A DNA stretch of 64,000 bases from positions 434,001 through 498,000 of the forward strand of contig BAAIJX010000002.1 in NCBI GenBank assembly GCA_054600435.1. The letters are read 5' to 3'. The notes under the pieces were generated by a model. That model did no database searches. It saw only the letters and a list, made by a program, of their open reading frames with translations, and was not told the origin of the DNA. Numbering within the stretch: position 1 is the first letter of the stretch; each line of letters starts with the position of its first letter. This document shows positions 38,238 through 48,868 of the stretch, piece by piece. Position numbers and translations under genes: made by a program. The stretch is from Neophaeotheca triangularis (Eukaryota).

Positions 38238-39855
38238 GGCGATACTGCTCCTGCCACAGCTGTTTGCTGACGTGGGATCTTCGTACAGGTCGTGAGCATG
38301 CGGCAGCAAATTTGGTACGAGAATCTCTAAGCCTGGGGTGACTTGACGTCTGCACCGCTTCGAGCTTGGTCTTGGCTCCGGTGACGAAGATGGCACGAAT
38401 GAGTCTCCAAATGCGGCTCTAAGGTCAGGCTTTACTTCCTGAAGTTGTGAAGTTTCACGGCAACACTCTTCTTCGTCGTCGTTGTAATAGTGCATACAGA
38501 ATGGCCAATTCAGCCACTTTTCCTGCCACGAACAGCAGAAGCTTGCGAGCCTCCTGCCTTTGGCAGGCGACGAGGAATCAAATCGGCCCTCTGGTAGCTT
38601 GGAAGGGATTCCCGACGAGCAATAGGCAAGGAAGCGTTGGCTCGCGTAATCTTTTCGTCCACGTTTCTCAGCCCTACTGGGGCCTTTCAACTTCTCGAGG
38701 CAGATTTTGGAAGGCCTTTGTTCCGAATGAAAATCTATGGAGCGTGCTGTTAGCCAATTGAAAGTTTTTTCCTTTTCCAAAGCGGTCGAAGCCTCAGTAA
38801 GAATGTCCTCCCTTGGTCGGTTCCGTAAATGCAGGTTTGTCTAGAATGTAGCGCTACCATTGGGATATTCGAGGCGACGCTTCAAATGGCAACAGACGAC
38901 CGATAATCGCCCAAGGCTTGGTACAATGCAGGTAGCTTGCAATGACACGAGTTTAACGAATGCAGGCCCGAGAGGTAGACGTACTGCAACTTTGGATTTG
39001 GAGTCCTGGAGCGTGCTTCAGCTCCGTCTCGAGTCTTGCGGTTCGAAGAGGACGTCAGGAAAACCCGATACAGCGCCTCTGACTGATGATGGGTGTGACG
39101 GGGATGTGATGGCGCAGGTCGTGGATGAAGCGTTGGTTGCAGGGCGTAAAGTAGTGGTATGAAAGGTATTGTAGGTGGAGGGCTAGACTCTCAATTTGAG
39201 TTGCACGATTGACAACCCAAGGTAAGCTTGTTGACGCTGGGGGAGCAGCTGGAGACTGGACTACGCGAAGCTCGCCTGCATACCGAGCTGTTGCTAGGTA
39301 CAGTATAGTATTGCAAGCCAAGGATGGATGAGGCGACAAGTAGTGAATGGCCAGAATGCACGGCTGCCTATGTACGTAGGAGGTACTACAAGTCTTCCTT
39401 ACCAACTTACTGAGTGAGTTCTTCAAGAAGGTATCGTATCTTGAGGCTGAGCGGAGGTTCAAGCTTACCCGGTCGTGCTTTACTCGGCTAAACCCGAGCT
39501 CGTGGCCTAGGCCCCCGCTCTTCGACAGCTTACAGTAGGTAGGTGTGCATACCTCTCGTCATGTGATTCACTTGCTTTTCCGTCAACCTGCTAAGGTACT
39601 GACAATTGGCTCTGTTAAGGTAGCGTAATCGAACTTGCAAGAGCCTACAAGCAGAGGCGGACGCGTTTGCAGGAGGCCACGGTATGAGCTAGTCGAGTTC
39701 CTGGTTGGCTTAACCAGCCCAACGTTCATGACGCGATAGATGAGTCGCACGACGACGACTGATCAGCATCCATATCCGTACCTAATGCATTATTGAGGCC
39801 TTCTTGGTTTCTCCATCACCTATCGAACAATCTGATTTGGGTTCCTTGCCCCTGA

Positions 39856-41364
39856 ATGCTAATTGCCACCGCTGCGGGGCCTAGGAGTCGCCTCGCTCGA
39901 TCAGCACAACAGGCGTCTAAGGCGTCTTGCACTGTAGCTCACCGTCTGAGAACTGAATTTCGACATCATCCCCAGCTCAATACTATGAAACGAGTCAGCA
40001 CGTCGACAGCTCCATCGTCCCCCGCAAAGAAGGCCAAGGCTCAGGTTCCCGAGTATCACGCAACTCCTTCAATCAAGGAGGAGGATGGCAGCATACAATG
40101 GCCTGCGCCAGCGGCCAAAATGGAGCGTACCAGGCATTTCATCCGAGAGTGCGTCGGGGCCCAACAGAAGACGCTGATAGTGCCTGACAAAGATGCCGAT
40201 GGCTTGTCTTCTGGAGCCATCCTGCGACACACGCTGATACTGATGGGACTGCCTGACCAACTGATACAGGTCCATCTTCTCAGTAAAGGGAACACCGTGC
40301 ACAGCGCGGCCGAACGAGAACTGATGGAACGCCACAACCCGAAGTATATCTTCGTTCTCGATCAGGGGTCGCGAGCTTCAGAGCCTCTAGTTGAGTCTGA
40401 TCACAGGAGTATGATCATTGACCATCACTACGCTACATCAAACGATTTCCCAAAAGGCGCAGAATTCATAACAGCATGCAACTCACCACCGGTTGCCACC
40501 TCGGCCTTGTTGACGTATCTGCTTTGCGAACCATTGCATCCCCATGTCAGAGCCAAGTGTGCATGGCTATGCGTTGTCGGTACTCATGGAGATCTCGGCA
40601 ACACGTTGAAATGGGAGCCCCCCTTTCCCGACATGAAAGAACCGCTGAAGAAGTACACCAAAAAGGTCCTCAACGACGTCGTGTCACTCGTCAATGCGCC
40701 GAGACGAACCGCCACCTACAACGTCCGCTCAGCCTGGGATGCGCTATGCGAAACCGACGAGCCGGCTTCTGTACTAAAGAACCCCAAGCTACTAGAGGCT
40801 CGACGCGAAGTCAACGCGGAAGTGGAACGGTGCACTCACGCTGCGCCCAAGTTTTCCTCGGATGGCAAAATCGCCGTCTTCCGAATCAGAAGCGAGGCTC
40901 AGGTCCACCCTGTTATAGCGACGCGCTGGTCCGGCCACCTGCAAAGCAAAGCGCTCGAAATTGTGCTCGTAGCAAATGAGGGATACCTGCCGGACAAGGT
41001 CAACTTTTCGTGTAGAATCCCTCGATGTGCGAGGAACCGTGATCCCCCTGTTGACATCATCCAAAGCCTGCGGGCATACGCTAGTTTGCCCGATGTCAAG
41101 TCTGAAGATGGGAACACGGAAAAATCTGAGAAGCGGCCGCTCCTTGAGCGTATAGGCGAGGATTTTGCACGTGGTCACGTGCAGGCTAGTGGAGGCATTG
41201 TGGCTACTGATGAGTTCGAGGAACTGATGCGGATCATGCAGATTGGGGTCAAGGCTTCCAAGAAAGAGGGCGAGGATACGAGTCCCAAGAAGAAAAAGCA
41301 GGGGTTAGATGCTGGGCAGACAAATACCCTTACCGGCTACTTTAAGAAAGCGCCTAAAAGCTGA
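39856..41364 (+). CDS. DHH-family phosphoesterase, RecJ-like (502 aa from ATG 39856, or 459 aa from ATG 39985)
   Basis: Intronless ORF. Motif I PDKDADG, II VLDQG, III IIDHH, IV VGTHGD, and DHHA1 RGHVQASGG. Confidence 0.85.
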   Translation: MLIATAAGPRSRLARSAQQASKASCTVAHRLRTEFRHHPQLNTMKRVSTSTAPSSPAKKAKAQVPEYHATPSIKEEDGSIQWPAPAAKMERTRHFIRECVGAQQKTLIVPDKDADGLSSGAILRHTLILMGLPDQLIQVHLLSKGNTVHSAAERELMERHNPKYIFVLDQGSRASEPLVESDHRSMIIDHHYATSNDFPKGAEFITACNSPPVATSALLTYLLCEPLHPHVRAKCAWLCVVGTHGDLGNTLKWEPPFPDMKEPLKKYTKKVLNDVVSLVNAPRRTATYNVRSAWDALCETDEPASVLKNPKLLEARREVNAEVERCTHAAPKFSSDGKIAVFRIRSEAQVHPVIATRWSGHLQSKALEIVLVANEGYLPDKVNFSCRIPRCARNRDPPVDIIQSLRAYASLPDVKSEDGNTEKSEKRPLLERIGEDFARGHVQASGGIVATDEFEELMRIMQIGVKASKKEGEDTSPKKKKQGLDAGQTNTLTGYFKKAPKS

Positions 41365-42034
41365 GTAGGCCTAGAGAACCCCAGTGAATCGACAAAAATC
41401 TTTCAACAATAAGCAAATCGAGACGATGATCGTAATATCGGTTGGCTTGATCGAATTGACCGTCTGCCTGATCTGGTATTCTGCATTCAGTGCTCGCCGC
41501 TCCGGGTGCAACTCCGCACCCAGCTGCTTTGAATACCCGCACCTTCCGTCATGTAGCGCAGCTCAGTATGCTACTCTCCTCCAAAACTAATCTGTTCTTG
41601 ATCGGTGCGTTGTTACCCTTTTCGTCCAGTACGGGCAGAGTGTCCGCGAAATCTCCTTCTCCTTGACAGTAAACCTTAAGGTAGGTTGCGTCGCTGGCGC
41701 CACGTGGAGATGACGTGAATGCCTGGGCAGCAATGCAGCCCCAGCACTCGCGGCATATACGACACCCGGCAGCATGCTCCTTCATGTCCATTGATGGCTC
41801 TCCGTGATTTCGCGGCTTCAATAAAGTCTGGAATGACTGGGTGAGCGCCCAAGTGACGTGCCAACCCGCGCCACAGGATCATCAACATGCAGCTGTAACC
41901 AGGGCCAGGGCCAAGCTGGATTTGTTGGCATGCAATTTCAGGCGGACGAGATTGTTGGCGATAGCAGTCTTGAAGGACAGCGTTGCGACATCGTGTCTCT
42001 GTCAGGACGCAATCCACTGCAAAATAGCAAATGC

Positions 42035-43699
42035 TCACCGCTCGCTGTGCTCCGGACACCTTCTGACTACCCACTTCTCCCAAGCCTTGCGCTTAGAGTT
42101 ACTGACCAAGTAGCCGTCGTCCCCCAAATCTTCTGCAGTATCGGGGTAGCTGCGTCCGTCACAATTACACCACGGCGCCGAGGCAGGTGTGCCAGGAGAA
42201 AGCGGCGGGAAGTCCATCTCGTGCGCGTCAGGCCCATGCTCGGAATCGGAAAACTCACTACCAATGTCAGAATCGGTACTGTGGTGAAAGCTGCCGTTTG
42301 TGGAGTCCGGGTAGGAGCCATTTGTCTGGTGTTGGTAGTTGCTCGGTCCGGCATAGGGGTATTCGTTATCAACATCATCACTTTGCTCGATATCATCGTC
42401 GCTGTCGCTGTCGCTCTCGCTTTCTCCTGGAGGTAGATCATCTGGCACTTCCGCGCCTGCAACCAGCCACTCTTCGTCGAAGTGGGCCGCGTACCCTATT
42501 CGACGCAGACTAACCCAGTCCAGCCTGTACATAGAGTCCCTCAAGGCTCCCAATACATCCTTCCATTTACTGCCCTCTTTCAGCAACACATCTCTGAGGC
42601 GAAGCCCTTTTAGTCTCTCGCGATGTCTCAAAGCCAAGTTAATGATCTCCTCTGCGTCCAATCGCCACCCTTGGACGCCAAAAGCAACCAGTTTCGGCCA
42701 AGTCACGCCGTGGAAGACATCTTCGAGCGGTAGACTTAACGGCCTGTGCATAGGGAAGCCCACATGCACCATTTGCATGTTAATGGCGGCGGAAAACACG
42801 GTACGGAACAAGGGTGACAATTCTTTCATCTTCTGATTGAGATCGCTGCCATCGTCGAAATGGAGCACCAAGCAAGTCAGTCTTTCCGCCAAGGTAGGCA
42901 GTGATCGAGGTTTGTGCAAAGCTAGAAACTCGGCGCTCTGTGGACTCAGCATGGGCGATGAAAAGCGCGTCCAAGGAACGTCGGCTGCGAGTAGAGCAGC
43001 GCCTATCGTCTGCGATCCATGAGAGCAAGCGGGCGCCCATTCAAGATGCCAGAGGGCACTCGCATCGTCGTGCTGGCGGATCCACGAGAGAAGGGCATTG
43101 TCCTCTTCGTCCTGAACACGCAGGATTTGGACATGTTGGAGACTCGTGAAGCCTGCAACTGCCTTTTTCAGGACCCGAACATCTTCCTTGGATTCCACAA
43201 TCTGCCGCTGCTCCAGCGCCTTTCGCGTGACGCTGCCGAGGTCGAAGCCCGGTACGCCGTTTTCCAATTGAGGTAGCAAGAATCGTGTTTGTTGCCCCGC
43301 TGCTTGAAGTTAGTACGCGCTTTTGCATCTGATCCATGCCACCCACTCACCATGGCCGTAGAAATACGGGACCAAGTAGCTGAACTTTTTGACTTGCTGG
43401 GCAAGGTGCGGCCAGTCGGCTAGCTGCTCAAGCTTCTCCAATCCGCGTTTGGAGAACCTCGCCGCCACTCGCGCGTACTGCAACGGGGCTCCTACGGCGG
43501 AGAAACGCTTGCAGCTTGCTCGAAAACTACCGACATCTTTGATGGAGCCGCGAGTGGATGGCTGTGGGTATTCGAAGCTTTCCACCGAAAGAAAACGTCT
43601 GCGGTCCACAGGAACTGTTTTGTCGGGGTCCGGCTCGATCTGGTCAAGGATGAGTCGGAGAAGCTCGTTGGATAGCTTCAATATTGGTACTGAGGTCAT
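42035..43699 (-). CDS. F-box-like fungal protein (~537 aa)
   Basis: Exons 43699-43351 and 43299-42035 (intron 43300-43350). N-terminal ILKLSNELLRLILDQI...FRASCKRF F-box-like pattern, LRR-like middle, acidic tail, terminal WCNC...RCPEH. The 3' end is slightly uncertain because a GTGAGC overlaps the stop. Confidence 0.7.
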
Positions 43700-44754
43700 G
43701 GTCACGGTGGAAGGTGTGGGTAGATGGAAAAGGTCAGGAGAGGCGACAAGAAAGGGGAAGCAGCAAAGGCTTCATGTTCAGTCTCGGGACGTCATTCAGC
43801 AGCAGATGGAATTGCTGTCGAGTAGCAGGCTGTGTGACGGGCAGGGAAATGGGTTTGGGAAAGGAGCAATAATATTAATGGAATTGCCGAAGCGGCGCAC
43901 AGGTAGGTTCCTGGTGAAAAGAGAAGCCGAAAGTAGCAGACTGCATGACCTACATACATGCTACTACTACTGTACACCTCATGTCTTCCACAAGGCGGGA
44001 CCTTTCCATGTCAGCTGGGCGTCATGGCGAAAAACGTGACGGGAGCTAAGGTAAGGTAAGGTATCCATCGCTGCTGCCAAAGACTGCAGAGACAGGACAG
44101 CCAGCAGAGAACAGCAGGCAGACGTAGGTGTGAGCCAATAAGCATGCGGCACGAGTCTCGCTAAGCTCTCACGTGAGCGAAATCAAATGCGGCCTTTCTC
44201 CAGGCAGCTTTGCCTTTGTTTTATGGGAAGGGACGACCATGGGACGGCACGCATGTAGGAGGTACCTACCTTAGGCAAGGTAGGCCACGAATAATGCAAG
44301 TACCCCGAGCCAGCAACGTCGGGTAGTACTAGTAGGTAGTGAGGTTTGTTTCATCTGGCGACGAGTGCCGTGGAGGGCATTCTGGACGTACCGTACCGTC
44401 CCTTACGTGGTCAAGGATGTGCTGGCATGCAGCTGCCCGGACGCAGACGAATCAGAACAAGAGGCAGCCGCGTGTGGGCCAACTGCATAACAATGCATAC
44501 ATATATATGTATATGTGAAACCAGTGCATCGAATACCTCACAAGGAAGGAGTGAGGTATCTACTCATCAGGTACTGTACCTTACCTACCTGTACTGTACC
44601 TACCCAAGATATAGACCGGGCAGCGATGAAGGCTTGGCAGGTCCGGTGGCTTGGGACTGACGACTAGGTAGGTATCGGATAGGTAAGATATTTGTATGTG
44701 CTCACACCCGACGAGATGATCGTAGGCTCACTTGTATATACTTGCTACCTAACG

Positions 44755-45960
44755 CTACAGACTCCCCCTTGATTTTCTCGCAATCTTCTCTCTAATCGCT
44801 GTGCTGCTGAGCTTACTCTCAAAGCCTTCCTTGACAGCCTCGTCTCCCTCTACAGGATCCAAAACCTGAACCTCAAACACATCGAGTTCCGGCCAGCCCT
44901 GTTCCTTACGCTTGTCGTTGACAGCTTGCCCACCACCCCGGGTCTCTCCTGACAAAACGAGAGCAGAAATTGCTTCTTCGGTGATTGTTGGACCGAAAGC
45001 GTCTTGAATCTCTGTATACTTGACCGTCATTCCATTGCCGTAGCGAACATCGATAGACTTGCCATTTGTACCAGGATCGTTGCGCGTCGTCACTTGGGGC
45101 TCGCTTGGAGTAAAGTTGACGAGAGAGTTGAGGAAGTTCGAAGTCACTGTTTGGCGATCTCGCCAACTCTCCAGTACCTCTGCATGCTTTTTGTTTTTGA
45201 GCATTTCGTCTCCAGTGATGCCGATCGTGCAACTCCGCTCCCCAATGCCTTCATCAACCGCGAAGATGGTCATGGTGAGCAGGAGTTTATGGCCAATATG
45301 GATGTGATCGAACGTGCCGCCGACCGCGACATGTTGGTGTGTATTGTAGTTTGCAGAGGAACGGGGACCTTGCCGAGTGGTAGTCAAGTTCGGATCCTGG
45401 TCGCCAGTATTTGATTGCCTCGCCTGGCCGTCGTTCATGGACGAGACTCGCATACCACCGCCTTTTGCCATGACAAACGCCTTGACCATCGCCTCGCCAC
45501 CTTTCGACTCGACACCAAACGCAAATTGCCACTGCCTCCCAGACTGCGCGAGGCTTTGCAAAGTCACGATAGGACCGTAGGTGCTCTGAGGCTGCGACTC
45601 CGATTGATCCTCACCGTTCCAAGCAACTAACAACACGCGGACATCCACACCGTCTGCGTCTTCAATATTGACATCGAACTTTGCAGCGGTCGTGCAGATA
45701 AGCTTGTAGACAGCGGCAAGCAATGACTGGGTCTCTTGGTACAGCGAGCTTCTCGGGGCGCTGACTTGTCCGACAAGGTGTGGACAAGCGAGCGCGACAT
45801 CCAGAATAGCGGCCGTTCGAGAGTCTTTGGAGTGAGAGTCGGCTTCTTTCAGAACTTGCGATACAGTGTCTCCATATAGCTTCTTTACATTCTCGCCGGA
45901 AAGAGTCGAAGTAAGTGGAGGGAGGAACAGGAGGAACCGGGGTGGCTCTTCCGACGCCAT
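44755..45960 (-). CDS. CAB4: Phosphopantetheine adenylyltransferase (CoA biosynthesis), cytidylyltransferase-like (401 aa)
   Basis: VGGTFDHIHIGHKLLL (HIGH motif), IQDAFGPTIT, LSGETRGGG..VNDKR, KLSSTAIR. Confidence 0.88.
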   Translation of the reverse strand: MASEEPPRFLLFLPPLTSTLSGENVKKLYGDTVSQVLKEADSHSKDSRTAAILDVALACPHLVGQVSAPRSSLYQETQSLLAAVYKLICTTAAKFDVNIEDADGVDVRVLLVAWNGEDQSESQPQSTYGPIVTLQSLAQSGRQWQFAFGVESKGGEAMVKAFVMAKGGGMRVSSMNDGQARQSNTGDQDPNLTTTRQGPRSSANYNTHQHVAVGGTFDHIHIGHKLLLTMTIFAVDEGIGERSCTIGITGDEMLKNKKHAEVLESWRDRQTVTSNFLNSLVNFTPSEPQVTTRNDPGTNGKSIDVRYGNGMTVKYTEIQDAFGPTITEEAISALVLSGETRGGGQAVNDKRKEQGWPELDVFEVQVLDPVEGDEAVKEGFESKLSSTAIREKIARKSRGSL

Positions 45961-46393
45961 TGCCGAGTTTACCAGTATTGATAGATGGTAGAGTCAACAC
46001 TTGGCCTATTTGGCGATTGAGTATCAGTGATGGAGCACGAGAGAAGAGTACTACGGAGGGAACAGAGGTGTTTTATATGGGTGGCCCAAGCGTCCAGCAC
46101 CCGCTGTTGTCTGGGAACAGTACATCCATACCTACAGCACTCGAGATTCTACAACTACATTACCTTACTTCTACCAAACAACTACCCTGCTACGACCAAT
46201 TCTTGCAGTAAGGAAGCTGGACCTGACGCGCGAACAGAGTGACTTCTCCCCTACGAGACTATATACACAAGCTCTCCCGTCCGGCATCGGTATTGCCTTT
46301 GTAGCCGCCGTTTCTGCTCCCCCCTGAGGTGGCCTCACTCTACTCTACTCTGTCCATCCCGCGCTGCAGCATGACAAAGGCGTGTCCATAGGT

Positions 46394-48400
46394 ATGGATC
46401 CGCCCGAACACTTTTCCGCCTCTTCTTCGACGTTTCCAACCAATGCCCAGCAATTCGACAGTCCACGAAGATCGCATGCCCAACGACCCTCTGCAGAACT
46501 GAACATCCCCCCCGACCCGCCCCATCAGCAACAACAATATAGCCCGCGTTACCAACAGCAAGCATATGAGGATCCTGCTACCTCTTTCGGAGACACTGGC
46601 CCCTCTCTGCGCTACCAGCAGGCTACCCCCCAAAACACACAGCCTTCCCGCGTAGGCCTCCAAGACGCGAACACAGCAAACGTCCCAGGCGCGCTACAAC
46701 CGGGTGGTACAGCTAGACCAGGGCTCTCGTCCACGGGCACAGCTCCGAGTACAGTACCGACCATGCAGTCCCAAGCAATACCCAACAATGCCCAGCAATA
46801 CGCGCAGGGCCAACCCCTTTCCCGATCCAATACCCACCACAGCCACTCGCGGAGCAGCCCGGCAGGCATGGATAGCAGCTCAATGGCTGGCCAAAAGTAC
46901 ATACCCTTTAACCAAACACCAGCCCAGACACCGACATCTTCGAACCCCAAGGCCTTCAACCTCGGGGCACAAACACCGGGAGGCGGACCGGCAACCTCCC
47001 ACAGTCCGCTCAATCTTACGGACATTAGGTCAAGGACGGTTTCCGATGCCAATGAGGGCATGATGGGTATGGGGACCAACACGCTGTTTAGCTATTCAGA
47101 CACGGCCACAAACAGCAACTACCTGGCACCGTTCGCAACGTATGCATACGACTGGTGCAAGTGGCCTGTCATGGGCGGCAACAGCGCAGGAAAGATGGCG
47201 GTAGGCAGCTATCTGGAAGATCCACACAACTTCGTACAGATATTGGACACACAAATCACACCGCAGCAAACTACTACACCAGGGCAGCCGCAGTATGGGC
47301 TGGAGTACACCAAGGTTGCTGAGGCGACATGTGCCTACCCTGTGACGAGGATACTATGGGAGCCACCTAGTTCGCAGAAGCAAAGTACTGATCTTCTGGC
47401 AACCAGTGGAGACCATCTGAGACTCTGGAGCCTCCCTCAATCTTCCGGGCCGCAAGCATCGAGTAGCCTCAACCGGTCTTCAACAACAAACACCAGGGAG
47501 ACTGCCCCTCAGAAGCTACAGCCATTGGCTTTGCTCTCCAACAGCAAGACTCCGGAGCACACCGCGCCTCTGACGTCGCTCGACTGGAACACGCTATCGC
47601 CAAAGCTGATCATAACTTCATCGATCGACACAACCTGTACCATCTGGGACATTCCTACCTTGACGGCCAAGACGCAGCTGATTGCTCACGACAAGGAGGT
47701 CTTTGATGTACGATTTTGTGCTGGCAGCGTCGACGTCTTCGTGAGCTGCGGCGCAGATGGCAGCGTGAGAATGTTTGATCTGCGAAGCCTCGAGCACTCC
47801 ACCATCATCTACGAGCCTGCCGAAAAGAACGATCAAAAAGGTAAGCACTCAAAGACATGTCTTTCAATCAGGTTGCGCGTTCCTAACTGTAGTACAGGTG
47901 CCTCTCCGTCCGCCTCGTCGCCTTCAAAAGCCAGTCAGTCGATGCCACCCGCTCCGCCTCTGTTGCGACTGGCAGCCTCGCCTCACGACCCTCATCTGCT
48001 AGCGACATTTGCCTCTGACAGCAATATTATACGCATACTTGACGTGCGCCAGCCCGGTACAGCCCTGCTGGAACTGCGAGGCCATCAAGGAAACCTCAAC
48101 GCCATCGAATGGAACCCCAATCGACGAGGCATGCTCGCGTCCGGCGGGGATGACTCGATGGTACTCGTCTGGGACTTGCTGAACTCGCAGAACCAGACCG
48201 CTGCTATTCCTGCATTGAACGGAGGACCGCCATCCGGTGCTCAGCATGGCGAAGTCGCCAGCAAGGGACCTTCGGCGAGCTGGAGATGCGAATACGAGGT
48301 CGGAAATGTCAGCTGGGGCCCCCAAAGTGCGTTGACCAGCCAAGGCGGCGACTGGCTTGGTGTATCTGCTGGTCGCGGCGTATGGGGAGTCAAGCTATGA
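46394..48400 (+). CDS. WD40 protein, DCAF7/WDR68/AN11 (YPL247C-like) family (~649 aa)
   Basis: Exons 46394-47840 and 47898-48400. DLLATSGDHLRLW, APLTSLDWN, SSIDTTCTIWD, KTQLIAHDKEVFD, ADGSVRMFDLRSLEHSTIIYE. Confidence 0.9.
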   Translation: MDPPEHFSASSSTFPTNAQQFDSPRRSHAQRPSAELNIPPDPPHQQQQYSPRYQQQAYEDPATSFGDTGPSLRYQQATPQNTQPSRVGLQDANTANVPGALQPGGTARPGLSSTGTAPSTVPTMQSQAIPNNAQQYAQGQPLSRSNTHHSHSRSSPAGMDSSSMAGQKYIPFNQTPAQTPTSSNPKAFNLGAQTPGGGPATSHSPLNLTDIRSRTVSDANEGMMGMGTNTLFSYSDTATNSNYLAPFATYAYDWCKWPVMGGNSAGKMAVGSYLEDPHNFVQILDTQITPQQTTTPGQPQYGLEYTKVAEATCAYPVTRILWEPPSSQKQSTDLLATSGDHLRLWSLPQSSGPQASSSLNRSSTTNTRETAPQKLQPLALLSNSKTPEHTAPLTSLDWNTLSPKLIITSSIDTTCTIWDIPTLTAKTQLIAHDKEVFDVRFCAGSVDVFVSCGADGSVRMFDLRSLEHSTIIYEPAEKNDQKGKHSKTCLSIRLRVPNCSTGASPSASSPSKASQSMPPAPPLLRLAASPHDPHLLATFASDSNIIRILDVRQPGTALLELRGHQGNLNAIEWNPNRRGMLASGGDDSMVLVWDLLNSQNQTAAIPALNGGPPSGAQHGEVASKGPSASWRCEYEVGNVSWGPQSALTSQGGDWLGVSAGRGVWGVKL

Positions 48401-48868
48401 AGGAGTTTGTCATAGTGAAATGGCCCGATTGCATGGACTCCGCGATACATTCACGAAAATGCGAGCGAGGCGTTTGGGGCCTGGAGGCTGGATATGTAGT
48501 TGCTTCTATAGGCGGCGCGATGATACCAAAGTTTGAAACACAAGCCTTAGAGTTTTCATCGATTCTTCCATATGTCAACTTCGACCTTTCAGCCTAAGGA
48601 TTCCCACCTTCGATGCATATCACCCCTACTTATATGAATTTCGTGCTGTCATGTCTTGTGCTTTCTGGTCTTTTTTGGTGGGGCGATCTGTGAAGCTGCT
48701 GAAGCTTCCCAAGACGAATTTACTCTCTTATCTGCCACGTCAACCGTCGTCGTTCTGGCCGCTACCCATGCCAGAGCCCAAACTCACAGAAGTCTAGGAG
48801 CCTTTTCGGAATACCAGTGATCAAAGATGCCATGAACACGGCACAGGCCTGTGAAGTCTCCATCCACC

